Positions 34,793 through 43,911 of a stretch of DNA of 59,012 nt are shown here, piece by piece (the first letter of the stretch is position 1; the number at the start of each line of letters is the position of its first letter). Source of the stretch: an uncultured Intrasporangiaceae bacterium. GTDB lineage: Bacteria > Actinomycetota > Actinomycetes > Actinomycetales > Dermatophilaceae. The translations under genes were made by a program, and so were the position numbers. The stretch covers positions 1 through 59,012 of the forward strand of contig CAZLGB010000001.1 in NCBI GenBank assembly GCA_964558825.1. Direction: 5' to 3'. A model generated the notes under the pieces. It was not told the DNA's origin and made no database searches. It saw nothing but the letters and a program-made list of their open reading frames with translations.

Positions 34793-35349
34793 GCGTCGTT
34801 CAACTCGAGCTCGACGAGCAGCTCATCGGCGATGTGCTCGAGGGCTGCGCGCAAGGCCTCGAGGTCGGTGCCCGCCGGCACGCGCAGTCGCGCCCGGGCC
34901 TCGAAGAGCTGACCGCCCGCCATCGGCGCTGCCCGGGTGCCCGTCTCGAGCTCCTCGATGCTCACGCCGTATGCCGCAAGCGCTCCGGTGATCTGGCGGA
35001 CGATGCCCGGCCGATCATCCCCCAGTAGCGTGACATCGAGCGTGCGGGAGTCGCCGTCGGGGGCCACCCCGGCGTCAGTTGCGGCTGCCGAGCTGGGCGC
35101 GGCCTCGGCCGGCCCGGCCTCGGTCACCTCGACCCGCAGCCCGGACGCGGCGAGGTCGGCGAGACCGGCCCGCAGGGCCGCCGTCCGCTCAGGCGTCACC
35201 TCGACGAGCACGACCCCGGCGAATTGGCCGGACAGCTGCGCCATCCGGCTGGTGAGCCAGTTGCCCCCGTGCTCGGCGACGACGCTCGACAGCGCCGACA
35301 CGAGGCCCGGGCGATCTGCCCCGACCACGGTGAGCACGAAGGTCGTCAC
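34789..35349 (-). CDS. Tandem ACT-domain protein (GcvR-like)
   Basis: FVLTVVGADRPGLVSALSSVVAEHGGNW and a second ACT (LDVTLLGDDRPGIVRQITGALAAYGVSI). Its stop overlaps the MFS start. Confidence 0.75.
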   Translation of the reverse strand: MTTFVLTVVGADRPGLVSALSSVVAEHGGNWLTSRMAQLSGQFAGVVLVEVTPERTAALRAGLADLAASGLRVEVTEAGPAEAAPSSAAATDAGVAPDGDSRTLDVTLLGDDRPGIVRQITGALAAYGVSIEELETGTRAAPMAGGQLFEARARLRVPAGTDLEALRAALEHIADELLVELELNDA

Positions 35350-35358
35350 TTGTTCAGC

Positions 35359-36315
35359 CTACCCAGCGGGCACCGCTGCGCGCGCTGAGATCAGGGCGTG
35401 GACGGTCGCCCCGAGCGCCTCCGGCCAGGGCGTCGGCGCTAGCCCGAAGGTGCGCTCGGTGAGCGCGCTGTCGAGCACGAAGGGCTGCTCGAACTGGTGG
35501 CGGGTCTCATCGAGCGAGCGGATCATCGGCGACACCCGGGCGAGCCTCATGACGACCGCCGGGATGTGCCCCACCGTCGGTGCCGGACGGCCGACCAGGG
35601 CGGCAGCCTGGGCAGCCACCTCACCGGTGGTGAGCGCCGGGGCCGTCGGCACGTGCCACGCGCGTCCCCACGAGCGCTCGTCGGTGGCGAGCCTCGCGGC
35701 GAGCCGGCCGATATCGGGCAGGTAGGTCCAGGAGTGCGGGACGCTGGGGTCGCCCATCGGCAGGCGGATAGCTGTGCCGCTCAGCGCCTTGCCGATGACG
35801 TAGTCCTGCAGGTAGCTCATCCCCGCGCTGGCCCTGGGGCCGAAGTAGTCGCTCGCCCGCAGCTCGGTCGCGCGCAGGCGGCCGGCGAGGTGCCCGGCAT
35901 ACGCCTGCTCCCACATCCACCCGCGGACCTGGCCCTTGGGGCCGTTGGGGGCGAGAGGCGTGGCCTCGGTCATCGGCGCGTCCACGCGGCCGTAGGCATA
36001 GAGGTTGGACACCGTGACCAGGCCGGCACCGCTGCGCTCGGCGGCAGCAAGCAGCGCGTTGGCGACCGGCGGCCAGTCGCGCGCCCAGTGTGCATAGCTG
36101 CGCGGGTTGGTGGCGTTGACGATGCTCGCCGCACCCTGGGCGGCGGCGGTCAGGGCGTCGGCGTCCCGTGCGTCGAGCGCGACGACCTCGGCGCCGGGTA
36201 TGCCGGGGTCGCGGCCACTGCGCGACGCGAGGACCACGGTGTGCCCGAGTTCCACGAGCTCGGCCGCGGTGTGCTGGCCGATGCCGCCGGTGCCGACGAC
36301 GAGGTGACGAGCCAT
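35359..36315 (-). CDS. NAD(P)-dependent epimerase/dehydratase (atypical SDR) family protein
   Basis: Rossmann motif VVGTGGIGQHTAAELVELGHTVV. ATG 36315 preceded by GGAG. Divergent from a TetR regulator. Confidence 0.8.
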   Translation of the reverse strand: MARHLVVGTGGIGQHTAAELVELGHTVVLASRSGRDPGIPGAEVVALDARDADALTAAAQGAASIVNATNPRSYAHWARDWPPVANALLAAAERSGAGLVTVSNLYAYGRVDAPMTEATPLAPNGPKGQVRGWMWEQAYAGHLAGRLRATELRASDYFGPRASAGMSYLQDYVIGKALSGTAIRLPMGDPSVPHSWTYLPDIGRLAARLATDERSWGRAWHVPTAPALTTGEVAAQAAALVGRPAPTVGHIPAVVMRLARVSPMIRSLDETRHQFEQPFVLDSALTERTFGLAPTPWPEALGATVHALISARAAVPAG

Positions 36316-36428
36316 GGTGATCTCCGTTCGCGAATGAGAGCACTGCTCTCGCTTTCTGCCGCCAGTTGACCACGTTAACGTAGAGATTGTCAAGAGCGGC
36401 GCTCTCGTTTGTGTGAGATGCTCTGGAC

Positions 36429-37121
36429 ATGACGTCGCCTGCAGTCGGGATCCGCGCGCGCAATCGAGCCGCCCTCGAGGCCGAGATCCTCGCCGTCGGA
36501 CGCCACCACCTGGCCGAGCAGGGCGCGGCTGCCCTGTCGCTGCGGGCGATCGCACGGGAGCTCGGGATGGCCTCGTCGGCGGTGTATCGCTATGTCGCCA
36601 GCCGTGACGAGCTGCTCACCCTGCTCATCGTCGAGGCCTATGACTCACTTGGGGATGCGGTCGACAATGCCGTTGCAGGGCAAGTGGATCCGCTGGAGCG
36701 CTTCCGGATCATCGGACGGGCGACCCGCACCTGGGCCGCCGCCCACCCGCACCAGTTCACCCTGGTCTACGGCTCCCCCGTGCCGGGCTATCAGGCGCCC
36801 GCCGAGCGCACCGTCGAGCCGGGCACTCGCGTCGTCGCACACCTCATCGGGGTGCTCGCCGAGCTCGCGCCCTCGTGGGCAGGCGCCGCCCCGGACGAGC
36901 GGGCCGAGCGGGCGCTGGCCGGGCTGATCGCCGACCCGACGATGGCCGGCCTGGCGCTGCCGCCGGTCCTGCTCTCCCGCGGCTTGGCCGCCTGGGCGCT
37001 CGTGCTGGGCTCGATCACGGCCGAGCGCTTCGGCCACTACGGGCCAGACTCGATCTCCGACCCTGACGCCCACTTCGAGGGGATGCTCGACCTGGCCGCC
37101 GGGCTGGTCACGGCGAGCTGA
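36429..37121 (+). CDS. TetR/AcrR family transcriptional regulator
   Basis: N-terminal HTH LSLRAIARELGMASSAVYRYVASRDELL. Confidence 0.85.
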   Translation: MTSPAVGIRARNRAALEAEILAVGRHHLAEQGAAALSLRAIARELGMASSAVYRYVASRDELLTLLIVEAYDSLGDAVDNAVAGQVDPLERFRIIGRATRTWAAAHPHQFTLVYGSPVPGYQAPAERTVEPGTRVVAHLIGVLAELAPSWAGAAPDERAERALAGLIADPTMAGLALPPVLLSRGLAAWALVLGSITAERFGHYGPDSISDPDAHFEGMLDLAAGLVTAS

Positions 37122-37700
37122 CGCGTCTTCTTCTCGCCACTCGACGGCGGTCGCGTCCTTCGTCCACGTGGTCGCGAACTCGGCGACCAACCCATCGAGT
37201 GTGCGCCTATCGACCGACTGCCCCAAACGTGCCAGGGTTCACGACTCGCGCGGATGCACGCGACCTGCCGACACCTCTGGACGGAGAATGGGTGGCATGC
37301 GCGACACGCGAGAGACGGGGCTGGCCCTGGTGTCCCTCGCCGATGGGCTGAAAGGGCTCACCGGCCGTGAGCACCGTGTCGGAGGGCCGGGGGTGGTCGC
37401 CCCCGGCACGGTCATTCCGCACGCCAATGCCCTTCTGCTCCAACAGGACTGGCCTCGGACACCGAGACCGGCATACGTGCGGAGCTTCCTCTTGGCCATC
37501 CCCGAACGCTCCTGAGGCCGAGGGCGAGGGTCAGGCCCCTGGGTCTGTGACGTCGGCCCACCACCGTCATACCTGGGAGTGTGCACCACGTCCAGATGTC
37601 CCCGCCCAGCACACCGAATGCCATTGGTGATTCCGGCGCGCCAAGCTCCTGCGGCAACCAAGCTCCCCACGCGACCAACGCCATTCGGTATGCCGGTGCC

Positions 37701-38273
37701 TCAGTCATCCGTGATGGCGGTTTGGAGCTGGCGGACGATGTCGCCCAGCCGGCCTCGGGTCAACAGGCCCGGCCCAAGGGGGCCTGCTGAATCGCTGCCA
37801 AGCGCAGGCAGTTGTCTCAAGGCAGCTCGCTCCGGGGCGGTCAACTCGCCCAGCTGCCAATACAGTTCATCCTTCCCAAGGTCCGGTTGGTCGGGACGCG
37901 CGAGGGTGACGGCGCGCACGGCATACGCCGCGGCGCCGAAGGCGTGGGCCCCCATGTGGGCGACAGCGGCGGCCTGCGCGACGGCCCGGCCCGCCGCCGC
38001 TCCGCCGGGATTGGTCGCGGCCCCCGCCGCCGACACCGCCACCATCCGCAGCCGGATCTCGGCAGCCGCTGTGCTGCGCCCCTCGCTGAAGGCCCGAGCA
38101 CGCGCCAGAGCCTCGAGGATCCGGTGATCCGTTGGGTCGGTCGGTTCGAACAGCGGCAGGGCTCGCTCCGCGCAGCACGCCGCCCAGCGGGCGAGCAGCC
38201 GGCGATCGGGCTCGCTGAGAGTCTGCGACGACGCCACCCTTCGGATCCTCGCACGCCGCCGCCGGTTCAGCAC
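37701..38273 (-). CDS. Hypothetical protein resembling Imm-5-like putative immunity proteins
   Basis: LLARWAACCAERALPLFE..ARARAFSEG..AAVAHMGAHAFGAAAYAVRA pattern recalled from that family (memory-based, not searched). Ala-rich helical protein. Confidence 0.5.
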   Translation of the reverse strand: MLNRRRRARIRRVASSQTLSEPDRRLLARWAACCAERALPLFEPTDPTDHRILEALARARAFSEGRSTAAAEIRLRMVAVSAAGAATNPGGAAAGRAVAQAAAVAHMGAHAFGAAAYAVRAVTLARPDQPDLGKDELYWQLGELTAPERAALRQLPALGSDSAGPLGPGLLTRGRLGDIVRQLQTAITDD

Positions 38274-38560
38274 TCCTCGGTTGTTTGGGTGAGGGTGACG
38301 GGCGGCAGCCCGTTGCGGAAGTCGTCGTCGACCGTTGGCAGCGCTCGCGGATAGGGCCGGCCGAAGACGAATCCGAAATAGGACGCTTCGTCGAACGCCA
38401 GATGCTTGACCAGACCGAGCACGTTGAGGCCCGTGGGAGTCATCGGCCGGCGGACGGCATACTCATCGAGGCCCTCGAGCGTGGGGACCACCGCGGCCCG
38501 CGCCCAGAGCAGACTCTGGTGCAATTGCTGCTTTGCCGCCTCGACCCGCTGGTCGCTCAT
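38267..38560 (-). pseudogene. N-terminal fragment of a DinB/DUF664-family protein (about half length)
   Basis: The 97-aa ORF has the DUF664-like start (..LEGLDEYAVRRPMTPTGLNVLGLVKHLAFDEASYFGFVFG) but stops after roughly half the usual length. It overlaps the next gene by 7 nt. Confidence 0.45.
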
Positions 38561-38652
38561 CTCCCGAGTCTGTCAGCGAGGCAGGCGTTAGGGGCCCAAT
38601 GCCCGTCGGCCCTCTTTACGCTGGACCAACAGATCCGACCGAAGGAGCTGCC

Positions 38653-39924
38653 GTGACGCTGCCGGAACTCCCCCACTGGGAGACGACGCCCGACGACCTC
38701 CCCGCGGCGATCCGCGACATCAAGTCGGCGCTGCGGCGTCGGCTGGAGGCGTCGGGTCGCACCGTGGAGGAGATCTTTGCCGTCGTCGAAGCACGAATTA
38801 GGCCGCAGATCGCGCAGATTGTCGCCGCGCAGGAGCGAGGCGACAACGTCTGGCCCACCATCGATTACACCGACATCGAGGCGGGGACCGTCCCGCCGGA
38901 AACGATCGACCTGTTGAGGCAGCGCGGCTGCCTGGTCATCCGCGACCACTTCCCGCGCGAGCAGGCCCTCGCGTGGGATGCCGGGATCGTCGACTACGTC
39001 GAGCGCAACCACTTCTTCGAGACCTATCGCGGCCCGGGCGACGACTTCTTCGGCAACCTCGGGTCCAAGCCCGAGATCTATCCGATCTACTGGTCGCCCG
39101 CCCAGATGCAGGCCCGCCAGAGCGATCGGATGGCCACGGCCCAGGCCTTCGTGAATCGGCTCTGGACCTATGGCACCGAGGGACAGCGGTGGTTCGACCC
39201 GGACCGCGATGCCCTCTATCCCGACCGGATCCGGCGCCGCCCCGCGGGGGTCGACTCCAATGGCCTTGGGCCACATCTGGATTCGGGCACCCTCAGCCTC
39301 TGGATGACCTCGGCCAACCAGCGCGCCTTCCGTCATCTCTTCGACGGGACAGTCGAGCGCTTCGACCCGTGGGACGCGGCCTACCGCACGAGCGGGCCGC
39401 AATATGCCAGCTCGACGATGTGCTCGGCATTCCGCACCTTCCAAGGCTGGACCGCGCTGTCAGACATGGAACACGACCAGGGTGTGCTGCACACCGTGCC
39501 GATCGCCGACGCGATGGCCTATCTGCTGCTGCGCCCACTGCTCGCCGACGTGCCCGAGGACGACATGTGCGGGGTCACGGTCGGGCAGGTCTTCCCCGCC
39601 CACCGGCAGTGGTTCGCCGAGTTGCTCACGGCCTCGGCCGGCATACCTGATGTCACAGCCGGCGACTCGGTGTGGTGGCACTGCGACATGATCCACAGCG
39701 TGGCCCCGGTGCGAGACCAGAAGGGCTGGGGCAACGTCATGTATATCCCCGCGGCGCCGTGGTGCCCACGCAACGAGGAGTATGCCGCGGTCGTCCGTGA
39801 CGCCTTCATGACCGGATCCAGCCCGAGCGACTTCCCCGACGAGCACTACGAGCGGACCTGGCGGGGCCGCTTTCAGGTCGAGCAGCTCAACGCCACCGGC
39901 CGCCGCGGACTTGGCCTGGGGTGA
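38653..39924 (+). CDS. DUF1479 (YbiU-like) family protein
   Basis: Long conserved pattern (GCLVIRDHFP..IYPIYWS..GPHLDSGT..WHCDMIHSV). GTG 38653 preceded by GAAGGAG. Confidence 0.8.
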   Translation: MTLPELPHWETTPDDLPAAIRDIKSALRRRLEASGRTVEEIFAVVEARIRPQIAQIVAAQERGDNVWPTIDYTDIEAGTVPPETIDLLRQRGCLVIRDHFPREQALAWDAGIVDYVERNHFFETYRGPGDDFFGNLGSKPEIYPIYWSPAQMQARQSDRMATAQAFVNRLWTYGTEGQRWFDPDRDALYPDRIRRRPAGVDSNGLGPHLDSGTLSLWMTSANQRAFRHLFDGTVERFDPWDAAYRTSGPQYASSTMCSAFRTFQGWTALSDMEHDQGVLHTVPIADAMAYLLLRPLLADVPEDDMCGVTVGQVFPAHRQWFAELLTASAGIPDVTAGDSVWWHCDMIHSVAPVRDQKGWGNVMYIPAAPWCPRNEEYAAVVRDAFMTGSSPSDFPDEHYERTWRGRFQVEQLNATGRRGLGLG

Positions 39925-40012
39925 TTCGGGCCTGTCTCCCCGACCTCCATGAGTCCGCTGGCCAGGGCCTGAGCCGCCGCCGTTGCGCACAGCAGTTGGC
40001 ATACTCGCCCTC

Positions 40013-40501
40013 ATGACCGATGCCGAGTTGACCGGACTGCGCGAGCGGATTCTGGCGCAGGAGCGGGACCTGCAGTTTTCCCGCTTCGCCGAGCCGGACG
40101 CCTGGGCGCTGGGCACGCTCCTGCACGATGCCGCCGTCGCAGATGGACACCCCGTGGCAATCTCCATCCGCCTCAACGGCTCGCTGCTGTTCTACAGCGC
40201 CCTGCCTGGGGCGACGCCGGACAACGCCGACTGGCTGCGGCGCAAGTGCGCGGTCGTTGATCGTTACCACCATGCGTCGCTGTATGTGGGCGTCGATTTC
40301 GCGCTCCGGGGCAAGACCTTCGAGATCGACTCGCGCCTGCCCGCAGCCGACTTTGCGGCGCACGGCGGCGCCTTTCCGATCATCCTGCGCGGAACGGGCG
40401 TCGTCGGCACCGTTGCCGTCTCTGGGCTGCCGCAGCGCGAGGACCACGACCTCGTCGTCGCTTCGCTCGGCAGCTACCTGCGCTCGGCTAGCCAGCGATG
40501 A
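40013..40501 (+). CDS. UPF0303 / heme-degrading-domain (GlcG-like) protein
   Basis: ERDLQFSRF..AWALG..ISIRLNG..LFYSALPGATPDNADWLRRK..GGAFPI..GTVAVSGLPQREDH is the UPF0303 pattern. Start at ATG 40013. Confidence 0.75.
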   Translation: MTDAELTGLRERILAQERDLQFSRFAEPDAWALGTLLHDAAVADGHPVAISIRLNGSLLFYSALPGATPDNADWLRRKCAVVDRYHHASLYVGVDFALRGKTFEIDSRLPAADFAAHGGAFPIILRGTGVVGTVAVSGLPQREDHDLVVASLGSYLRSASQR

Positions 40502-40659
40502 CACGACCGACAACGTCGTCGGCACCGCGGGCTGACAGCTGATCGCAGCTGACCGCGGACCGCTGCACGGTCGGAGCCCGCGAGGTCATCCGTCGCGGAC
40601 TCACCGACGTCAGGCTAGTCCGAGCACCGACCTAGACCTTCGATCCTAGGGGCTGGCAT

Positions 40660-40705
40660 GTTTCTCATATTCGTCATTTGACCCCCTCGGTCAAGAATGA
40701 GAAAC
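40660..40705. repeat. Nested inverted repeat in an unusually AT-rich stretch
   Basis: GTTTCTCAT..ATGAGAAAC (outer arms) enclose TTGACC-CCCTC-GGTCAA. Lies in host DNA downstream of the original ychF stop. Confidence 0.8.
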
Positions 40706-40836
40706 GATTGGACGCCACCGCGAGGGGGTCCCCGGCATCAACGCTCCGTCTCCACACTCCCCCGAAGCCGCTTGGCTACCCGCGCTGCGAAGTTCTCGGT
40801 CGGCGTCGAACCGTTGGTCGCCCGGCCGCAATGTCG

Positions 40837-40857
40837 CTAGACGTTGAAGCGGAACTC
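40837..40857 (-). other. Displaced original 3' end of ychF (codons EFRFNV plus TAG), separated from the gene by the insertion
   Basis: The reverse complement reads GAGTTCCGCTTCAACGTCTAG, which encodes the canonical YchF C-terminus ..VEFRFNV. The ychF body ends 10 kb away at 50984 with a non-canonical tail. Confidence 0.85.
40850..40857. repeat. attL core (CGGAACTC)
   Basis: Identical 8-mer at 51006-51013. Flanks on the two sides recombine in silico into an intact ychF terminus. Confidence 0.8.
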
Positions 40858-40890
40858 CACCGGATAACGTGAGTATGCAACACTACTGAC

Positions 40891-41151
40891 ATGAGCACAA
40901 GAGTGTGCGCGGACGAGCAGTGCGAGGCGACGTTCACCCCTACTCGGTCTGACGCCGAGTTCTGTTCCTCTGCCTGCCGCCAGCGGACCTATCGCCAGCG
41001 CGCCAAGGTGCGAGCGGGCATGCCGCACGCCGCCCGTTGGGCGCTCAGTGCTGGGCTCGGGCCGGCGACCGAAGCGCTCGCGCGGCACATGCTCGCCGAG
41101 ACCGTTACGGATAGCGCTCGGCTCATCCGTAACGCGGAGGGTGACCGATGA
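40891..41151 (+). CDS. Small Cys-rich (zinc-ribbon-like) protein, first gene of the element
   Basis: C-x4-C..C-x3-C (CADEQC..FCSSACRQRTYRQR). Its stop overlaps the integrase ATG (ATGA). Could be an accessory or directionality factor (inference). Confidence 0.6.
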   Translation: MSTRVCADEQCEATFTPTRSDAEFCSSACRQRTYRQRAKVRAGMPHAARWALSAGLGPATEALARHMLAETVTDSARLIRNAEGDR

Positions 41152-42557
41152 CCTCCCGCCGACGTGGTGCGGTTGCACCAGCTGAGGCCGCACCGACCAG
41201 GCGCGCGGCGATCTACCTGCGCATCTCGCTCGACGCCACGGGCGAAGGGCTCGCGGTCGAGCGCCAGCGCAAGGAGTGCCAGGCGATCGTCGAGGCGCGC
41301 GGCTGGCAGCTCGTGGGCGAGTTCGTCGACAACTCGATCAGCGCCAGCGACGCGAAGAAGAACCGACCTGGGTATGCCGCCCTGCTGGCCGCGTATGCCG
41401 CGGGCGAGTTCGACGCGCTGGTCTGCTACGACCTCGACCGGCTCACCCGCCAGCCACGCCAGCTCGAGGACTGGATCGACGCAGCGGAAGGCGGGCGGCT
41501 CGCGCTCACGACCGCCAACGGCGAGGCAGACCTCACGACCGACGGGGGTCGGCTCTTCGCCCGGATCAAACTCGCGGTCGCCCGGGCCGAGGTCGAGCGC
41601 AAGGGCGCCCGTCAGCGTGCGGCCGCCCGGCAGCGCGCCGACCTCGGGCGCCCGCCGCTGGGGGTCCGCCTGACTGGCTACACGCCGAAGGGCGACCTCG
41701 TGCCCGACGAGGCCGACCTCATCCGGCGCATCTTCCGGGAGTTCGTCGGCGGCGCCGGGCTGCGGACCATCGCCCGCGGGCTCAATGACGAGGGCGTGCC
41801 GACGCGACGGGGGAAGCCGTGGCACCCGTCGAGCCTGCTCACCATCCTGCGCAACCCTCGGTATGCCGGCCGGGCCATCTACCAGGGCGAGCAGACGGGC
41901 GGACAAGGCGCGTGGGTGGCCCTCGTCAGCGCTGAGGACTTCGAGACGGCACAGGCGATGCTCGACGACCCCACGCGGGCCACCAACCGCACCGGATCGA
42001 CCGAGCGCAAGCACCTCGGGTCGGGGCTCTTCCTGTGCGACGTGTGCCGCGAGCCGGTGAGCTCGTGGTCGGGCGGGCGCTACCGCTGCCGTAACGGCGC
42101 CCACGTCAACCGCGCCCGCGGGCCGGTGGACAGCTACGTCACGAGCGTCATCGCGGCGCGGCTGGCGCTTCCTGACATGGACGGACTCCTGTCGGTTTCC
42201 TCCACTGCGCACGCTCCCCTGCTCGACGACATCACCCGTCTACGCGCCCGGCTGGCCCGCAACGATGAGGACTATGACGCCGGGCTCATCGACGGCAAGC
42301 GCTACAAGGCCGCCCGCGATCGGGGTGAGGCTGAGCTACGGCAGGCGCAAGAGGCGCTGGCCCACGCGCGCTCAGGCGACGCCCTGGTGACCCTCGCGGG
42401 CGCCCCTGACCCAGCACAGGCGTTCCTCGACGCTCCGCTGGTGACTCAGCGCGCTGTCGTCGACTTCCTGGCCGTCGTCGCGCTGCGGAAGGGCACGCGC
42501 TACTCGCGGGAGTTCGATCCGGAGACGGTCGTCATCACGCCGAAGGAGCGAATTTGA
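41148..42557 (+). CDS. Large serine recombinase (integrase)
   Basis: N-terminal resolvase domain AAIYLRISLD (catalytic Ser) ..ERQ..DNSISAS..YDLDRLTR. Followed by a recombinase domain and zinc-ribbon (LFLCDVCREPV..YRCRNG), then a coiled-coil tail. 469 aa. Confidence 0.9.
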   Translation: MTSRRRGAVAPAEAAPTRRAAIYLRISLDATGEGLAVERQRKECQAIVEARGWQLVGEFVDNSISASDAKKNRPGYAALLAAYAAGEFDALVCYDLDRLTRQPRQLEDWIDAAEGGRLALTTANGEADLTTDGGRLFARIKLAVARAEVERKGARQRAAARQRADLGRPPLGVRLTGYTPKGDLVPDEADLIRRIFREFVGGAGLRTIARGLNDEGVPTRRGKPWHPSSLLTILRNPRYAGRAIYQGEQTGGQGAWVALVSAEDFETAQAMLDDPTRATNRTGSTERKHLGSGLFLCDVCREPVSSWSGGRYRCRNGAHVNRARGPVDSYVTSVIAARLALPDMDGLLSVSSTAHAPLLDDITRLRARLARNDEDYDAGLIDGKRYKAARDRGEAELRQAQEALAHARSGDALVTLAGAPDPAQAFLDAPLVTQRAVVDFLAVVALRKGTRYSREFDPETVVITPKERI

Positions 42558-42913
42558 GCCCTATCTCCCGAGCCGTGCGGTTCGTATGCACGGACAAGGG
42601 GCAGCACTCTGAACACGCGCTTGCCCTCGTCGTCCCGTATGCGGCGCGGGCGGATCGCACCGATATGACCCCTGATCCCGCTGCGTTATCTCGGGGGTGG
42701 GCCGTTGCTGAGAGCCTGACCCGCCGCGATGCCGGGGGTGATCCGCATACCTGGCACCGGGAATCAGCCGAGATCGTCAGTGGAACCTTGCACGTGCCGC
42801 GCTGTCCGTCGTGCAAGCGTGAACTTCGGATCACGAGTGCACAGATTCATGCGCTGGCGACTCAACTCACCCCCGACCGCGCCGGGCGTGTCCGCGTGGA
42901 CATCTCCTGCTAG
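42554..42913 (+). CDS. Hypothetical protein (element)
   Basis: 119-aa ORF. TTG start overlaps the integrase stop and is preceded by GAAGGAG. Contains CPSC. Confidence 0.55.
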   Translation: MSPISRAVRFVCTDKGQHSEHALALVVPYAARADRTDMTPDPAALSRGWAVAESLTRRDAGGDPHTWHRESAEIVSGTLHVPRCPSCKRELRITSAQIHALATQLTPDRAGRVRVDISC

Positions 42914-43020
42914 TCGCGTAGCATTGACATCACACGGGCCGAGTCCTGTTTCGACTCGGGCAAGCCGTCTCGCCGAAAGGCACGGGCGGCCCCCTACGCA
43001 TCCCCCAAGGGGAGCAGCCC

Positions 43021-43251
43021 GTGTCGCAGATCCTCGCAAGGCGCGCGCGTATCGCCGCGCTCACCCGTCATGGCCGCCCCGCCGACGATCCCGAGCTGGT
43101 CACAGAGCGCCAGGCGCTCAAGGCCGAACGTCTCGCCGAGCAAATCGAACGCGACGTCAGCACGTGGCCGCCGCTCACTGACGCCGACCGGGTCGAGCTG
43201 GCCCGCCTGCTGAGCCCGAGCCCTGCCCGTGAGCGGGGGTCCGCAGCGTGA
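43021..43251 (+). CDS. Hypothetical small helical protein (element)
   Basis: 76-aa ORF. GTG start preceded by AAGGGGAG. Normal composition. Confidence 0.55.
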   Translation: MSQILARRARIAALTRHGRPADDPELVTERQALKAERLAEQIERDVSTWPPLTDADRVELARLLSPSPARERGSAA

Positions 43252-43547
43252 GCGCTCCCCCGACACGAAGAAGCCGCCCCGGCATGGCTTCCGAGGCGGC
43301 TCCAAAGACGTTTCGCGGCGTCACCCAGATTGTACGTGAGACGCCCGTCTCGCGGACCCTCATGGTCGAGGTGTCGCGCTACTGCCTCACCTGCCGCCGC
43401 CGGCTGACCGAGCCCGGCGCCGCCGAGCAGCACGCCCGCCGCGGGCATCTCGTCGAGGTGGTCACCACGACGACTGCCGTCATGGGCACCGTCGCTGCCG
43501 TCGACCGGTTGATCCTCGCGCAGACCGGGGTGATGGCTCATGCCTGA
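43248..43547 (+). CDS. Hypothetical protein (element)
   Basis: 99-aa ORF with a GTGA overlap with the previous gene. CLTC..H..H zinc-finger-like motif. Confidence 0.5.
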   Translation: MSAPPTRRSRPGMASEAAPKTFRGVTQIVRETPVSRTLMVEVSRYCLTCRRRLTEPGAAEQHARRGHLVEVVTTTTAVMGTVAAVDRLILAQTGVMAHA

Positions 43548-43911
43548 CGACCTTGTCCCTGAGGCATACAAGCTCCACCCGATCGACTCGGGCGACCCGC
43601 AGCGGATGATCGACTACTTCGCCGGCCGTCACGACGAGCGCGAGTTCGGCGACGGTGCACGCGCCCAGGCCGAGCTCGACGAGCTCGCAGCCCTACAGCG
43701 CGCCGCCGTCCACAACGTGCACCGGGCGGCCGGTATGCCGGTCCGTGAGCCGCTCGTCCTCGAGCTGACGCCCGAGCAGATGGCGCGCGTTCACGCCGAC
43801 CGCGACCGCGTCCGGGGTGAGGCGTTCCGGGCCGGTCTTCGCGTCGGGAAGTCCGGAAGCTCGTATGTCGGGTCCCCCGACACACCGTCCGCGATGGGGG
43901 TGGCCTCGTGA
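43540..43911 (+). CDS. Hypothetical protein (element)
   Basis: 123-aa ORF. Overlaps its neighbours by 8 and 4 nt. Confidence 0.55.
   Translation: MPDDLVPEAYKLHPIDSGDPQRMIDYFAGRHDEREFGDGARAQAELDELAALQRAAVHNVHRAAGMPVREPLVLELTPEQMARVHADRDRVRGEAFRAGLRVGKSGSSYVGSPDTPSAMGVAS

Noticed and set aside
37168-37515. 115-aa plus-strand ORF (internal ATG near 37290 preceded by GGAG) in the coding-poor gap
   Set aside because: It has no recognisable family and mixed composition, and it overlaps equally weak ORFs on the other strand. It is kept only as part of the finding on the decayed region.
40678-40872. 64-aa plus-strand ORF crossing attL, and 118-aa minus ORF 40837-41193
   Set aside because: Both cross the integration junction. 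The minus ORF is only the displaced ychF tail fused to antisense element sequence. The plus ORF has no RBS and poor composition.
40530-40890. tRNA or tmRNA gene as the integration target of the element
   Set aside because: No T-loop or acceptor-stem pattern is visible. The junction sequences instead recombine into the ychF 3' end.
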